From assembly GCA_036732565.1 (NCBI GenBank), contig DAINCF010000002.1, positions 1 through 59,851 on the forward strand: a stretch of DNA of 59,851 nucleotides, given 5' to 3'. Below, one piece after another: positions 33,290-42,615 of the stretch (within the stretch, counting starts at the first letter, position 1; each line of letters opens with the position of its first letter). The notes below the pieces were generated by a model. It was not told where the DNA came from and searched no databases. It was given only the letters and a program-made list of their open reading frames with translations. A program made the position numbers and the translations under genes. This DNA is from Vicinamibacterales bacterium. Lineage in GTDB: Bacteria > Acidobacteriota > Vicinamibacteria > Vicinamibacterales > UBA2999.

Positions 33290-34374
33290 CGACACCGGGC
33301 GCATCCGGCGCCGCCGCATTGACTCTCCCCAATGTCTGTGGGCCCGGACGGTCGGGCGCGATGCTCGCCGCACTGGGCGCCTTGGTGTTGGCGTTCATGC
33401 TGCTCGAGCTGGCCATTGGGCCGGTGTGGATTCCGGTCGGGACGATCCTCGACGCGCTCTTGGGACGCGCGGTCGATCGCGCGGCGCTCGCAACGATCGT
33501 CTGGGACCTGCGGTTGCCGCGTGTGCTCACCGCCGCGCTCGCGGGCGCGGCGCTTGGATTGGCTGGCTTGCAGATGCAGACGCTCTTCAGGAACCCGCTC
33601 GCCGATCCCTGGTTTCTTGGCATCGTCGGCGGCGCGCGCGTGGGCGTCGCCACGCTCGTCACCCTGCTGAGTCTGCTCGGCGCCAACGCGTTGCGGGAGT
33701 GGCGTCTCGTTGCCACCGTCGGGACCGCGGCAGCGGCCATCGCCGGTGCGGCGCTGGCGCTCGTGCTGTTGTCCGCCGCAGCGAGACGCGTCAGCGTGAT
33801 CACGCTCCTGATCCTGGGCTTGGTGTTGGATTACATGGCCAGCGGGTATGTGAGCGCGCTTCTGCATTTCAGCACTGAAACTCAAGGCAAGGTCTTCGCG
33901 TCGTGGAACGACGGCAGCTTCGGGGCCGCGGGATGGCGGCAGCTGGCGGTCCTCGTCGCGCTGGTCGCCAGCGGTTCGGTGCTCGCCATCCGGCTGCTCA
34001 AAGGACTCAACGCGCTGTTGCTCGGAGAATCGTACGCGCAGAGCCTCGGCGTCAACGTCGCCGTCGTGCGCCGACACGTACTGTCCGGCACGGCGCTGCT
34101 GGCCGGCGGCGTCACGGCATTTTGTGGGCCGATCTCGTTCCTCGGCGTCGCGGCGCCCCACTTGTGCCGCGCGCTCTTGCGCTCATCGGATCATCGCGTG
34201 CTGATGCCGGCGGTGATGTTGATGGGCGCGCTGCTCGCGTTGGCGGGCGACTTCGTCACCAACCTGCCGTGGGAGCGACATTTCCTGCATTTGAACGCCA
34301 TGCTCGCGTTGCTGGGCGGGCCGGTCGTGGTGTGGGTCGTCCTCAAGCGAGTTGGCCGGTCGGAGTTGATGTAA
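33286..34374 (+). CDS. FecCD-family ABC importer permease
   Basis: 'IVWDLRLPRVLTAALAGAALGLAGLQMQTLFRNPLADPWFLGIVGGA' and 'AFCGPISFLGVAAPHLCRAL' are FecCD/BtuC motifs. The ATG at 33286 overlaps the preceding stop (ATGA). Confidence 0.9.
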   Translation: MTTPGASGAAALTLPNVCGPGRSGAMLAALGALVLAFMLLELAIGPVWIPVGTILDALLGRAVDRAALATIVWDLRLPRVLTAALAGAALGLAGLQMQTLFRNPLADPWFLGIVGGARVGVATLVTLLSLLGANALREWRLVATVGTAAAAIAGAALALVLLSAAARRVSVITLLILGLVLDYMASGYVSALLHFSTETQGKVFASWNDGSFGAAGWRQLAVLVALVASGSVLAIRLLKGLNALLLGESYAQSLGVNVAVVRRHVLSGTALLAGGVTAFCGPISFLGVAAPHLCRALLRSSDHRVLMPAVMLMGALLALAGDFVTNLPWERHFLHLNAMLALLGGPVVVWVVLKRVGRSELM

Positions 34375-34414
34375 GGCTTGGGGCCTGGAGGCTTGAAGGC
34401 TTGGAGGCTTGGCT
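34375..34414 (+). repeat. Five tandem 7-8-nt units (GGCTTGG GGCCTGG AGGCTTGA AGGCTTGG AGGCTTGG) filling the gap between two convergent stop codons
   Basis: Read directly. It starts at the nucleotide after the permease TAA (34372..34374) and runs up to the sulfatase-like gene stop (34415..34417). Confidence 0.9.
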
Positions 34415-36679
34415 TCAGCGTTCGGCGCGGGCCGCGAGGGCGGCTTCGCGCGCGGCCGCCGATGTCTCCCCTCGACGGCTGAAGATGTCGGCCAGGATGT
34501 AGTGGCCGAATGCCTGCATCGAGGCGGCTGGTTTTCGATTCAGTCCCTGGCGCGCGGCCGATTCGGCCTCCGCAAGGTTGCCGGCGTCGAGCCACGCCTT
34601 TGCCAGATACATCCACGCGGGTGCGAAATCCGGCGCGCGCGCCGTCGCGCTCGCGAAGCGATCGGCCGCCGTCCGCGGCGTCGTTGGCAACAGGAGCTTT
34701 CCAAGATTGAACGCAGCGGCCCAGGTCTCCGGATGCTGTTCGAGCTCGATCTCGTACTCGCGCTGAGCCGCAACCGTGTCCTGCACGCGCTCGAAGACGA
34801 GCGCACGTGCGTAATGGGCGCGCGCCAGCGTCGGCCGCACGGCCAACGCCTCGTCGAGCCGTACGCGTGCAGCGTCGAGATTGCCGACCTCGATCAAGCA
34901 CTCAGCCAGCTTCAAGTTAAAGACCGGACGGTCGACGTCGAGCTGCAGGGACTCCTCGAGTATCGTCCGCGCACGAGCGAAATCGCCGCGCTGCATCGAC
35001 AGATCCGCCAGATGCCAACGTGCCTTGCCATCGCGAGGGTCTTGATCGCGCGCGCGCTCGAACCCGAGGCGCGCTTCCTCCCACTTACCGAGATTCTTGT
35101 AGGCGAGCGCGAGGTTGAACGTCGCACCACGATGATCAGGATCCAGCGCGAGCGCGCGACGATAAGCGTCTCGGGCCTCCGCCCATCGCGCCGCGGCCGC
35201 CAGCGCACTGCCGAGCATGGTGTGTCCTTCGGTCATCGCGGGCTCGGCGGCAACGGCTCGCCGTATTCGCGCGATCGCCTCCTCGGCTCTGCCCTCGCGT
35301 TGATCGAGCAACGCGGACTTGAGCTCGTTGTACACGGCGATTTTGTCCTTCGGGTCGGCGTGCGTGCCGGCGTCCGCGTCCAGACGTCGCGTGCCCGTGC
35401 CGATGTAGCCAAGCGACTGCAGTCTCTGCTCGACGTCGGCATCGACCGGTCGTTGGGCGGCAAGCGTCGTGGACGTCTCGGATCGCAGGCGCGTCAGGGC
35501 CGCCGCCATCGCCGCCGACGCCTGCGGCTGTGCCTCGAACAGGTTGCGGGTCTCGTGAGGATCGTGCTGGAGATCGTAGAGCTCGGGTCGCGGCGCGGCG
35601 ATGAACTTGAATCGGCCATCGGAGAGCGCGGCGAGGTCGCTCCACCCATAGTGATAGCGAGGGTACAGCGTTTCGGAGAACACCGGCACCTCGTCGCGTG
35701 GAGAGGCCGGCGACAGCAGGTCGCGGCCGCCCTGTGGGTCGATCGACGTCTGTGCCACGTACAGCAACGTCGGCATGACGTCGATGATGCGCACCGGATC
35801 GGTGACGACCGTGGGCTCGACGCCAGGGCCCGCGATGATGAGCGGAATACGAACGGTCGACTCGTAGATGAAAAAACCGTGCGTCTGCTCGCCGTGATCG
35901 CCGAGCGCTTCGCCATGATCGGCGAGGATGGTCACGACCGTCCGGCCGTCGCGTCCTGTTCTCCGGAGCTCCTCTATCAGCCGGCCGACCTGGGCATCGG
36001 TGTATGCGATCTCGGCATCGTAAGCGCCGCTTGTCGTCCGCGGGAACCGAGAGGCGAACGGGTCCGGTGCGTCGTACGGCGTGTGAGGATCGTAGAAGTG
36101 GACCCACGTGAACGTGGATCCACGGTTGCTGGGCAGCGCCCGCCACCACCCGAGCGCGCGGTCCACGACGTCGGCGGCGCGATGCTGGATGTCGTCCATG
36201 CCAGCCTGACCGCCGCCCGACAGATCGAAATCATCGGCGTAAGTCTCGAAGCCCTGATCGAGGCCCCACCGTGCATCGAGCACGAACGATCCGACGAACG
36301 CCCCCGTTCGATACCCGGCCGCGCGCAGCCGCTCGGCGAGGGTGTCGAACTCACCGGCGAGGTAGAACCCGCCGTTGTCGCGGACGCCGTGCTTCGGTGG
36401 AAACAACCCCGTCATCAGGGACGCGTGTGCGGGCAGCGTCAGCGGCGTCACGGTCCAGGCCCGTTCAAACCGCCGGCCGCGCGCGGCGATGGCGTCCAGC
36501 GTCGGTGTTTGCGCGGCGCGGTAGCCGTAGCTGCCGAGACGATCCGCGCGCAGCGTATCGATCGTGACGAGCAGAATGTCAGGTGCGATGTCGGCGTTCC
36601 AGCGCGCGCGCCCGCCGCACGCGACGGCGAACAGACCCGCGAACGCCAGCAACAGAGCGCGCGTGCACGCAGCCGACAT
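34415..36679 (-). CDS. Sulfatase-like (alkaline-phosphatase superfamily) hydrolase/transferase fused to a C-terminal TPR array
   Basis: Signal/lipoprotein-like N-terminus 'MSAACTRALLLAFAGLFAVACGG'. 'ILLVTIDTLRADRLGSYG' and 'TPLTLPAHASLMTG' form a sulfatase-type metal/nucleophile region in which TxPxH replaces CxPxR. The C-terminal ~330 aa are TPR repeats. The start at 36679 is 5 nt after the upstream gene stop. The 1119-aa ORF-track form overlaps that gene and is rejected. Confidence 0.85.
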   Translation of the reverse strand: MSAACTRALLLAFAGLFAVACGGRARWNADIAPDILLVTIDTLRADRLGSYGYRAAQTPTLDAIAARGRRFERAWTVTPLTLPAHASLMTGLFPPKHGVRDNGGFYLAGEFDTLAERLRAAGYRTGAFVGSFVLDARWGLDQGFETYADDFDLSGGGQAGMDDIQHRAADVVDRALGWWRALPSNRGSTFTWVHFYDPHTPYDAPDPFASRFPRTTSGAYDAEIAYTDAQVGRLIEELRRTGRDGRTVVTILADHGEALGDHGEQTHGFFIYESTVRIPLIIAGPGVEPTVVTDPVRIIDVMPTLLYVAQTSIDPQGGRDLLSPASPRDEVPVFSETLYPRYHYGWSDLAALSDGRFKFIAAPRPELYDLQHDPHETRNLFEAQPQASAAMAAALTRLRSETSTTLAAQRPVDADVEQRLQSLGYIGTGTRRLDADAGTHADPKDKIAVYNELKSALLDQREGRAEEAIARIRRAVAAEPAMTEGHTMLGSALAAAARWAEARDAYRRALALDPDHRGATFNLALAYKNLGKWEEARLGFERARDQDPRDGKARWHLADLSMQRGDFARARTILEESLQLDVDRPVFNLKLAECLIEVGNLDAARVRLDEALAVRPTLARAHYARALVFERVQDTVAAQREYEIELEQHPETWAAAFNLGKLLLPTTPRTAADRFASATARAPDFAPAWMYLAKAWLDAGNLAEAESAARQGLNRKPAASMQAFGHYILADIFSRRGETSAAAREAALAARAER

Positions 36680-36684
36680 CGTCG

Positions 36685-39444
36685 CTAGAAACGCACACGC
36701 GCGCCCAGCATCAGACGACGAGGGATCTGCACCGTCGTCGGCGCGCCGAATGCCGCCGAGCTCCCGAGGGTGCTCGCCACGTTCTCGAATGCGTCGCCGT
36801 TGAAAAGGTTGAGCGCGTCGATGAAGCCCGCCACACGTAACGACGGACCCAGGCGGAACGTCTTCTCCACGCGCACGTCGAAGAGGTTCAACGCATCCAG
36901 TCGCCGCGATCCGTCGAGCGGCTCGGCGCGAATGGTCGTCGTGAGACCGAGATCGGGCACGCGAATCGTGCGTCCCCAGGATCGTCCGGACAGATACTGA
37001 TGGCTGGCCGCAAGCGTCACGTCCCAAGGTAGGGTTGCGACCAGCTGCGTCTTCCACAGCACCGGACGATCGCCGATCAGCAGATCGTCGCTGTTCACGA
37101 AGTCGTTCGGGTTCTGACCGAACGAGCTGAAGATCGGCGTCGAGTTCTGCGGACTGGCCGGTCCTGAGTTGCTCGAGACCAGCCGCCCCGTCGACTTCGA
37201 CAGGGTCAACGTCGATGAGAGCTGCCAACCGCCTGAAAGGCGCTTCTGTATCCCCAGCATGACCCCACGATAGCGAGAGAAGAGCGCATCCGGATCGGTC
37301 AGAAGGAAGAAGCGCTCGGACGCAGGTCCGGCCAATCGCAGGACGCCGATCGGTTGCCCTGACGCATCCGTCCCGGCCGCATCGACATACGTGGCGGGCT
37401 CGTATCGGCCGCCGACATCCTGCCAGCCCGTGTAGTGACTGCCCCGTTTGTAGACGAAATGTCCGGTGATGCCGATCGTGCCCGCGAGCGCGTGCTCGAG
37501 ACCAATGACATATTGATCCGTGCGCGGCGATCCCAGGCCGTCGTCGAGCTGGCGATTGCTCGCCACCGAGATCGGCACGAGGTCGATCGGATCCCCCGCC
37601 GCGTCGTAGCGGCCGGAGAACGCATAGCGCGGTGACGCGGACGGCAGCACGCGATAGAACGCCGCGGCGACGCTCGCGCTCTGGTAGTAACGGCCATAGT
37701 GTCCCTTGACGACCGTATGGCCATCGGCGTCGACCTTGAGATTGAATCCGAGCCGCGGCGAGACCTGATGCCACGTGACGAGGTCGTCAATCGCCGGCAA
37801 CTCGCGCCCGGTCGGTTGGCGGCGGCGGTCGAATTCGGGGAACGCCGGGACGCTGAGATGGCCGCGGTCGTATCGCACGCCCACGTCGACGGTCAGACGT
37901 GAGCTTGGACGAAACGCATCGTCGACGAAGACACCGGCCTGACTGGGATTGGCGCCGTACTCGGACTGCACCTGGATGTAGCCGTTCTGCGGCTGTCCCG
38001 CCATCGTGTAAACGATGTCGTTGTAGTAGAAGCTGTTATCGGCTCGGCCGCGCTGATACTGGACACCAAGGCGCACGTCGTGCGATCCGCCGAGAAACCG
38101 ATCGCTGTAGGTCGTGACTTTGGCCGATACCGACGTCCGCTTGTAGATCGACTCCCCGACCAACTGCACGCCGCCCGTGGTGCGTCCCGAGTCCAAGGCG
38201 ACGTAACGGGTCTTCACCTCGGGCTCGCCCTCGGGCGGCTGAGCGGTGTAGTTACTCCAGTAGTAGTTCCCCCGTACTTCCAACGACGTTCGAGGCCCAA
38301 GGGTTGCGTGCCACTCGGCGCTGGGCGTGAAGCCCTTCTGCGGACCACGATTCACGGTCGAGGGATCGACGAACGCGGATCCGGCAGCGATACCCTCGTA
38401 CCAGCTTGGATTGAACGACGCGACAACCCGATGAGACGGCGAGGGCTGCAGCGTAAGCTTGGCAAAGCCTCGCTCGATACGCGTGCCCGTGGGGAAGGTC
38501 GGATCGGCGCCTACCTGGGAGAACACGTCATCGGTGTCCTGGTACGAGGCAAAGAACCAGGCACGGTCGCGCACGATCGGCCCGCCGAGCTGCACCGACG
38601 CATCGTGAAAGCGATCGCGCGTGAATGGGCGTCCGCCATCTTCTGCGTCTGTGGTGTTGCGGCTAGTGAGCCCGCCGGTTTGAACGAAGACGTTCGCGTC
38701 GCCATGAAAGGCGTTGCTCCCCTGACGCGTCACCGCATTGAACACGCCGCCCATGAACGCACCGTACTCGGCCGGCGCGCCCAGAGCGAGGAACTCCACC
38801 TCTTGAAGAATCTCTGGGTTGGGAAAGACCGCCGGTGCTGTGTTGGCGGCGTGCGACGTGTTCTGATCGGAGCCGTCGAGCTGAAACAGGTTGTCGTTGA
38901 CGCCGGATCCGAACACCGTGAACGCGACCGGCGCGGCCGAGGTGCCCACGCTCACGCCGGGCCCCATGCGCAGGAGCTCGAAGTAGGAGCGATTGATCGG
39001 CGCCGCGCGCAGCCATTCGTCATCGAAGCGCGCGCTGAGCTGTGAAGAGGTCGTGTTGATGGTTGCAGTGTCCGCGGTGACGGTGACCGTGTCGCTGACG
39101 CCGCCGACACTGAGCGCAGCATCGAGCTCCGTCGGCGCGCCGAGTCCCACGGCGATGCCCTGGCGCACGATCGTCGCGAATCCGGTCAGCGCAAACGTGA
39201 CATCGTAGACACCTGGTGGCAGCGCCGCAAATTGATAGCGCCCGGCGTCCGACGTCGTGGTCGTCGGCGCGCCGGGGACGCTCACGCTGTTCACCGTGAC
39301 CGAGACCCCCGGCAGAATGCCGCCGGAGCTATCGCGAACGACGCCGATGAGACTGCCGGTGGTCCGCTGCGCCCACGCCGGCGGGACGGCGGACGTGACG
39401 AAAGACACCGCCACTGTGATGGCGAGCGCAAGAGGGCGCGGCAT
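36685..39444 (-). CDS. Oar-like TonB-dependent-receptor-family outer-membrane barrel with N-terminal carboxypeptidase-regulatory-like domain
   Basis: Signal peptide 'MPRPLALAITVAVSFVTSAVPPAWA'. 'GSLIGVVRDSSGGILPGVSVTV....DAGRYQFAALPPGVYDVTFALTGF' is a CarboxypepD_reg-type beta-sandwich. A long beta-rich region ends in '...LGARVRF'. Confidence 0.85.
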   Translation of the reverse strand: MPRPLALAITVAVSFVTSAVPPAWAQRTTGSLIGVVRDSSGGILPGVSVTVNSVSVPGAPTTTTSDAGRYQFAALPPGVYDVTFALTGFATIVRQGIAVGLGAPTELDAALSVGGVSDTVTVTADTATINTTSSQLSARFDDEWLRAAPINRSYFELLRMGPGVSVGTSAAPVAFTVFGSGVNDNLFQLDGSDQNTSHAANTAPAVFPNPEILQEVEFLALGAPAEYGAFMGGVFNAVTRQGSNAFHGDANVFVQTGGLTSRNTTDAEDGGRPFTRDRFHDASVQLGGPIVRDRAWFFASYQDTDDVFSQVGADPTFPTGTRIERGFAKLTLQPSPSHRVVASFNPSWYEGIAAGSAFVDPSTVNRGPQKGFTPSAEWHATLGPRTSLEVRGNYYWSNYTAQPPEGEPEVKTRYVALDSGRTTGGVQLVGESIYKRTSVSAKVTTYSDRFLGGSHDVRLGVQYQRGRADNSFYYNDIVYTMAGQPQNGYIQVQSEYGANPSQAGVFVDDAFRPSSRLTVDVGVRYDRGHLSVPAFPEFDRRRQPTGRELPAIDDLVTWHQVSPRLGFNLKVDADGHTVVKGHYGRYYQSASVAAAFYRVLPSASPRYAFSGRYDAAGDPIDLVPISVASNRQLDDGLGSPRTDQYVIGLEHALAGTIGITGHFVYKRGSHYTGWQDVGGRYEPATYVDAAGTDASGQPIGVLRLAGPASERFFLLTDPDALFSRYRGVMLGIQKRLSGGWQLSSTLTLSKSTGRLVSSNSGPASPQNSTPIFSSFGQNPNDFVNSDDLLIGDRPVLWKTQLVATLPWDVTLAASHQYLSGRSWGRTIRVPDLGLTTTIRAEPLDGSRRLDALNLFDVRVEKTFRLGPSLRVAGFIDALNLFNGDAFENVASTLGSSAAFGAPTTVQIPRRLMLGARVRF

Positions 39445-39493
39445 GCGCAGCCACGCTACAAGACGCCCCGCGAGCAACGGCTGGAGAAACCAA

Positions 39494-42400
39494 TCAACGG
39501 CTCCTGACGCCCGACGAGCGGTCGAGCGGTCGCGCGAAACGCTCGTACAGAAGGGGCACAATCACCAGATTCAATGCCGTCGAGCTCGAGAGGCCGAACA
39601 GGATCACTAGAGCCATGGGTGCCTGAATCTCGCTGCCGGGCTGACCGGTCGAGAGGGCAATCGGCACCAGCGCCAAGCCGGCTGCCATTGCGGTCATCAG
39701 AATCGGGACGACTCGCTCGGTGGCGCCACGCAGCACCGCGCGGCGAAGGTCCGAGACACCCTCGTGTACCTGCACGTAGCGGATATGCGAGACGAGCATG
39801 ATGCCGTTGCGTGTGGCGATGCCGAACAGCGTGATGAACCCCACGATAGACGCAACGGACAGCACACCGCCGGCGAGATAAACGCCCACCACGCCACCGA
39901 TGAGCGCCAGCGGAAGATTCGCCATGATGAGCAACGCATCACGCGACGAATGGAAGGCCGACGACAACACGAAGAAGATGGCCACGATGACGCCCAGCGA
40001 CAGCCACAAGAGCTGCCGTGATGCCTCCGCCTCACTCTCGAATTGGCCTCCATACTCGATCCGATATCCCGACGGCAGTCGCACGTGCTCTCCGACGCGC
40101 GCCTGGATGTCGTTCACCACGCTCCGCAGGTCCCGACCGCTGACGTTGCTCTGGACCACGATGCGACGCTGGACGTTCTCGCGCATGATGAAGTTCGGTC
40201 CGCGGTCGTGCTCGATCGTGGCAACGGTCGAAAGTGGGATTTGTCGCCGATCCGGAGTTTGAATGCGCGTTCCGCCTACGGCTTCGAGGTCCGCGGAGGC
40301 ATCGGCTCGATAGCGAATGACCAAGGGGAACGCGACTTGGCCCTCCAGGATCTGACCGACCACGCGGCCGACGCGTGCGGTCTGCAGCGCATCCGCGACC
40401 GCCCCGGTCTCGAGTCCCTGTCGAGCCGCGAGCGCCGGTTCCACGCGAACTCGCAGCGTTGGGATGTTGGTTTGGGCTTCCGTCGACAGATCGACGACAC
40501 CCGGAACCTCGGCCATCTCGCGTTGCACGGCTGCGGCCAATCGGCGCAGCGTCTGCAAGTCGTCGCCAAAGATCTTCACCGCGATGTTGGTCCGCGTGCC
40601 CGAGAGCATGTGATCGATGCGATGGGAAATTGGCTGGCCGATGGTGACGTTCGTGCCGGGCAGTAACGAGACCTTCTCACGCAGTTCCTCGAGCACGGTC
40701 GCTCGAGGTCGATCCTTCATCGACAGCCGTACATCAATCTCGGCCGACTCGACGCCTTGGACGTGCTCGTCGAGCTCGGCGCGCCCGGTTCGACGCGAGG
40801 TCGAGACAACTTCCGGGACGCTGAGCATGAGCCGTTCGAGAGCGTTGCCCAGCGCATTTGCGTCCTCGAGGCTGGTTCCGGGAATGGTCACGGCGCTCAC
40901 GGTCAGTGCACCTTCGTTGAGCTCAGGCAGAAAAGACCGGCCGGCGCCAGCGATGCCCACCACCGCAGCGAGCATCAACGTCACCGCTGCTGCGCCGACC
41001 GCCTGCCAATGCGTGAAGGCGTGATCCAACCAGGCCGCGTAGCGCGTCTTGATCCAGCGGGCGACGCGGGGCTGGGCTTCGGAAGTGATCTGCCGCGAAC
41101 GCGGGAGGAGCCACGAACACAGCACCGGGGTCAGGGTCAGCGCCACCACGAGCGACGCCGCCAGCGCGATGACGTACGCAAGGCCGAGCGGGCGCAGCAG
41201 CCGGCCTTCGACGCCGCCCAATACGAAGAGCGGCGCGAACACAAGTGCGACGATGATCGTCGCAAAGACGACCGAGTGCCGGATTTCCGTGCTCGCGTGA
41301 TAGACGATCTCCAGAGCGGGCAGACGTTCTGATGGCGGACGCGATGCGTTCTCTCGCAGGCGCCGCAGCACGTTCTCGACATCGATGATCGCATCGTCGA
41401 CGAGCTCGCCAATCGCGATGGCCAGTCCGCCGAGGCTCATGGTGTTGAGCGTCATCCCGAACCGATCCATGACCACGACCGCGGCCAGCATCGACAGCGG
41501 CAGCGCCAAGAGCGTGATCGCCGCCGCCCGCGCGTTCATCAAGAACACGATCACCACGAGCACGACCAGACCGGCCCCTTCCAGCAACCGCCGGAACAGA
41601 TTGCTCAGCGACTGCTCGATGAAGTCGGCTTGGCGGAAGAGATTGCGATGAATCTCCATGCCCTCTGGCAGCGCGCGCTGAATGTCGTCGAGCGTCGCAT
41701 CGATACGTGCCGTGAGATCGAGCGTGTTGACCGCGGGCTGCTTCTGAATGCCGACGATCACGGCGGGCCGCGCGTTGTGCGAACCGTCTCCGCGTTTGAT
41801 GGCCGCCCCTTCGCGCACCGTGCCGACATCGCGGACGAAGACGGGGGTCTGGTCCACAGTCTTGACGCTCACGGCGGCAATCGCGTTGAGGTCCGGCAAG
41901 CGGCCAACGCCCCGGACGAGGAACTCCTGGCCCTGTGCGACGTGAAAGCCGGCGGTCGCGTTGCGGTTCGCCGATCGCAACGCGGCTTCCACCTCGTCGA
42001 CGGTGACCTGGTGCACCGCCAGGCGCGTCGGGTCGAGCACGACTTCGTACTGCTTCTGTTCGCCTCCCGTGGCGATCACCTGGGACACACCAGCCACCGC
42101 CAGCAGCCGGCGGCGAACCACGGTGTCGGCAACCGTGCGGAGGTCCAGCGGCGAGTGCCGATCGGAATCGAGATCGACGAACAGTACCTCGCCCATGATC
42201 GAGGACACCGGCGCCAGAAACGGCGGCTCCACGCCGGACGGCAGCGATCCTCCAACCAGCGCCAACTTCTCGGCCACCGTCTGGCGCGCCCTGCCGGTGT
42301 CCTGTCCCCACTCGAACTCGACCCAGACCACCGTCACGCCAACCGCCGTCGCCGAGCGCACGCGGCGTACGCCGGCCGCGCCATTCAACGCGGACTCGAT

Positions 42401-42604
42401 GGGGAACGTGACAAGGGATTCGATCTCGAGCGGGTCCATGCCTCGCGCTTCTGCGAGGATCGTCACCGTTGGCGCCGTGAGATCCGGGAGCACGTCGAGA
42501 GGAATGCGCGACAGGGTCCAACCACCCCACGCCACGAACGCGGCAGCCAGGAACGCAACGATGGCGCGATGGGCGAGAGACCAACGAATCAGGGCATCAG
42601 TCAT
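39494..42604 (-). CDS. czcA: CusA/CzcA-family heavy-metal efflux RND inner-membrane transporter
   Basis: The protein is 1036 aa. 'IPLDVLPDLTAPTVTILAEARGMDPLEIESLVTFPIE' and twelve-TM RND architecture. Typical HME-RND N-terminus 'IRWSLAHR'. Confidence 0.95.
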   Translation of the reverse strand: MTDALIRWSLAHRAIVAFLAAAFVAWGGWTLSRIPLDVLPDLTAPTVTILAEARGMDPLEIESLVTFPIESALNGAAGVRRVRSATAVGVTVVWVEFEWGQDTGRARQTVAEKLALVGGSLPSGVEPPFLAPVSSIMGEVLFVDLDSDRHSPLDLRTVADTVVRRRLLAVAGVSQVIATGGEQKQYEVVLDPTRLAVHQVTVDEVEAALRSANRNATAGFHVAQGQEFLVRGVGRLPDLNAIAAVSVKTVDQTPVFVRDVGTVREGAAIKRGDGSHNARPAVIVGIQKQPAVNTLDLTARIDATLDDIQRALPEGMEIHRNLFRQADFIEQSLSNLFRRLLEGAGLVVLVVIVFLMNARAAAITLLALPLSMLAAVVVMDRFGMTLNTMSLGGLAIAIGELVDDAIIDVENVLRRLRENASRPPSERLPALEIVYHASTEIRHSVVFATIIVALVFAPLFVLGGVEGRLLRPLGLAYVIALAASLVVALTLTPVLCSWLLPRSRQITSEAQPRVARWIKTRYAAWLDHAFTHWQAVGAAAVTLMLAAVVGIAGAGRSFLPELNEGALTVSAVTIPGTSLEDANALGNALERLMLSVPEVVSTSRRTGRAELDEHVQGVESAEIDVRLSMKDRPRATVLEELREKVSLLPGTNVTIGQPISHRIDHMLSGTRTNIAVKIFGDDLQTLRRLAAAVQREMAEVPGVVDLSTEAQTNIPTLRVRVEPALAARQGLETGAVADALQTARVGRVVGQILEGQVAFPLVIRYRADASADLEAVGGTRIQTPDRRQIPLSTVATIEHDRGPNFIMRENVQRRIVVQSNVSGRDLRSVVNDIQARVGEHVRLPSGYRIEYGGQFESEAEASRQLLWLSLGVIVAIFFVLSSAFHSSRDALLIMANLPLALIGGVVGVYLAGGVLSVASIVGFITLFGIATRNGIMLVSHIRYVQVHEGVSDLRRAVLRGATERVVPILMTAMAAGLALVPIALSTGQPGSEIQAPMALVILFGLSSSTALNLVIVPLLYERFARPLDRSSGVRSR

Positions 42605-42615
42605 GACGGCCTCGC

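Noticed and set aside
36680-37774. N-terminal 365-aa extension of the sulfatase-TPR ORF (ORF-track entry 34415..37774)
   Set aside because: The extension overlaps the 3' part of the Oar-like barrel gene in another frame and has no sulfatase similarity. A signal-peptide-bearing ATG at 36679 sits 5 nt after the upstream stop.
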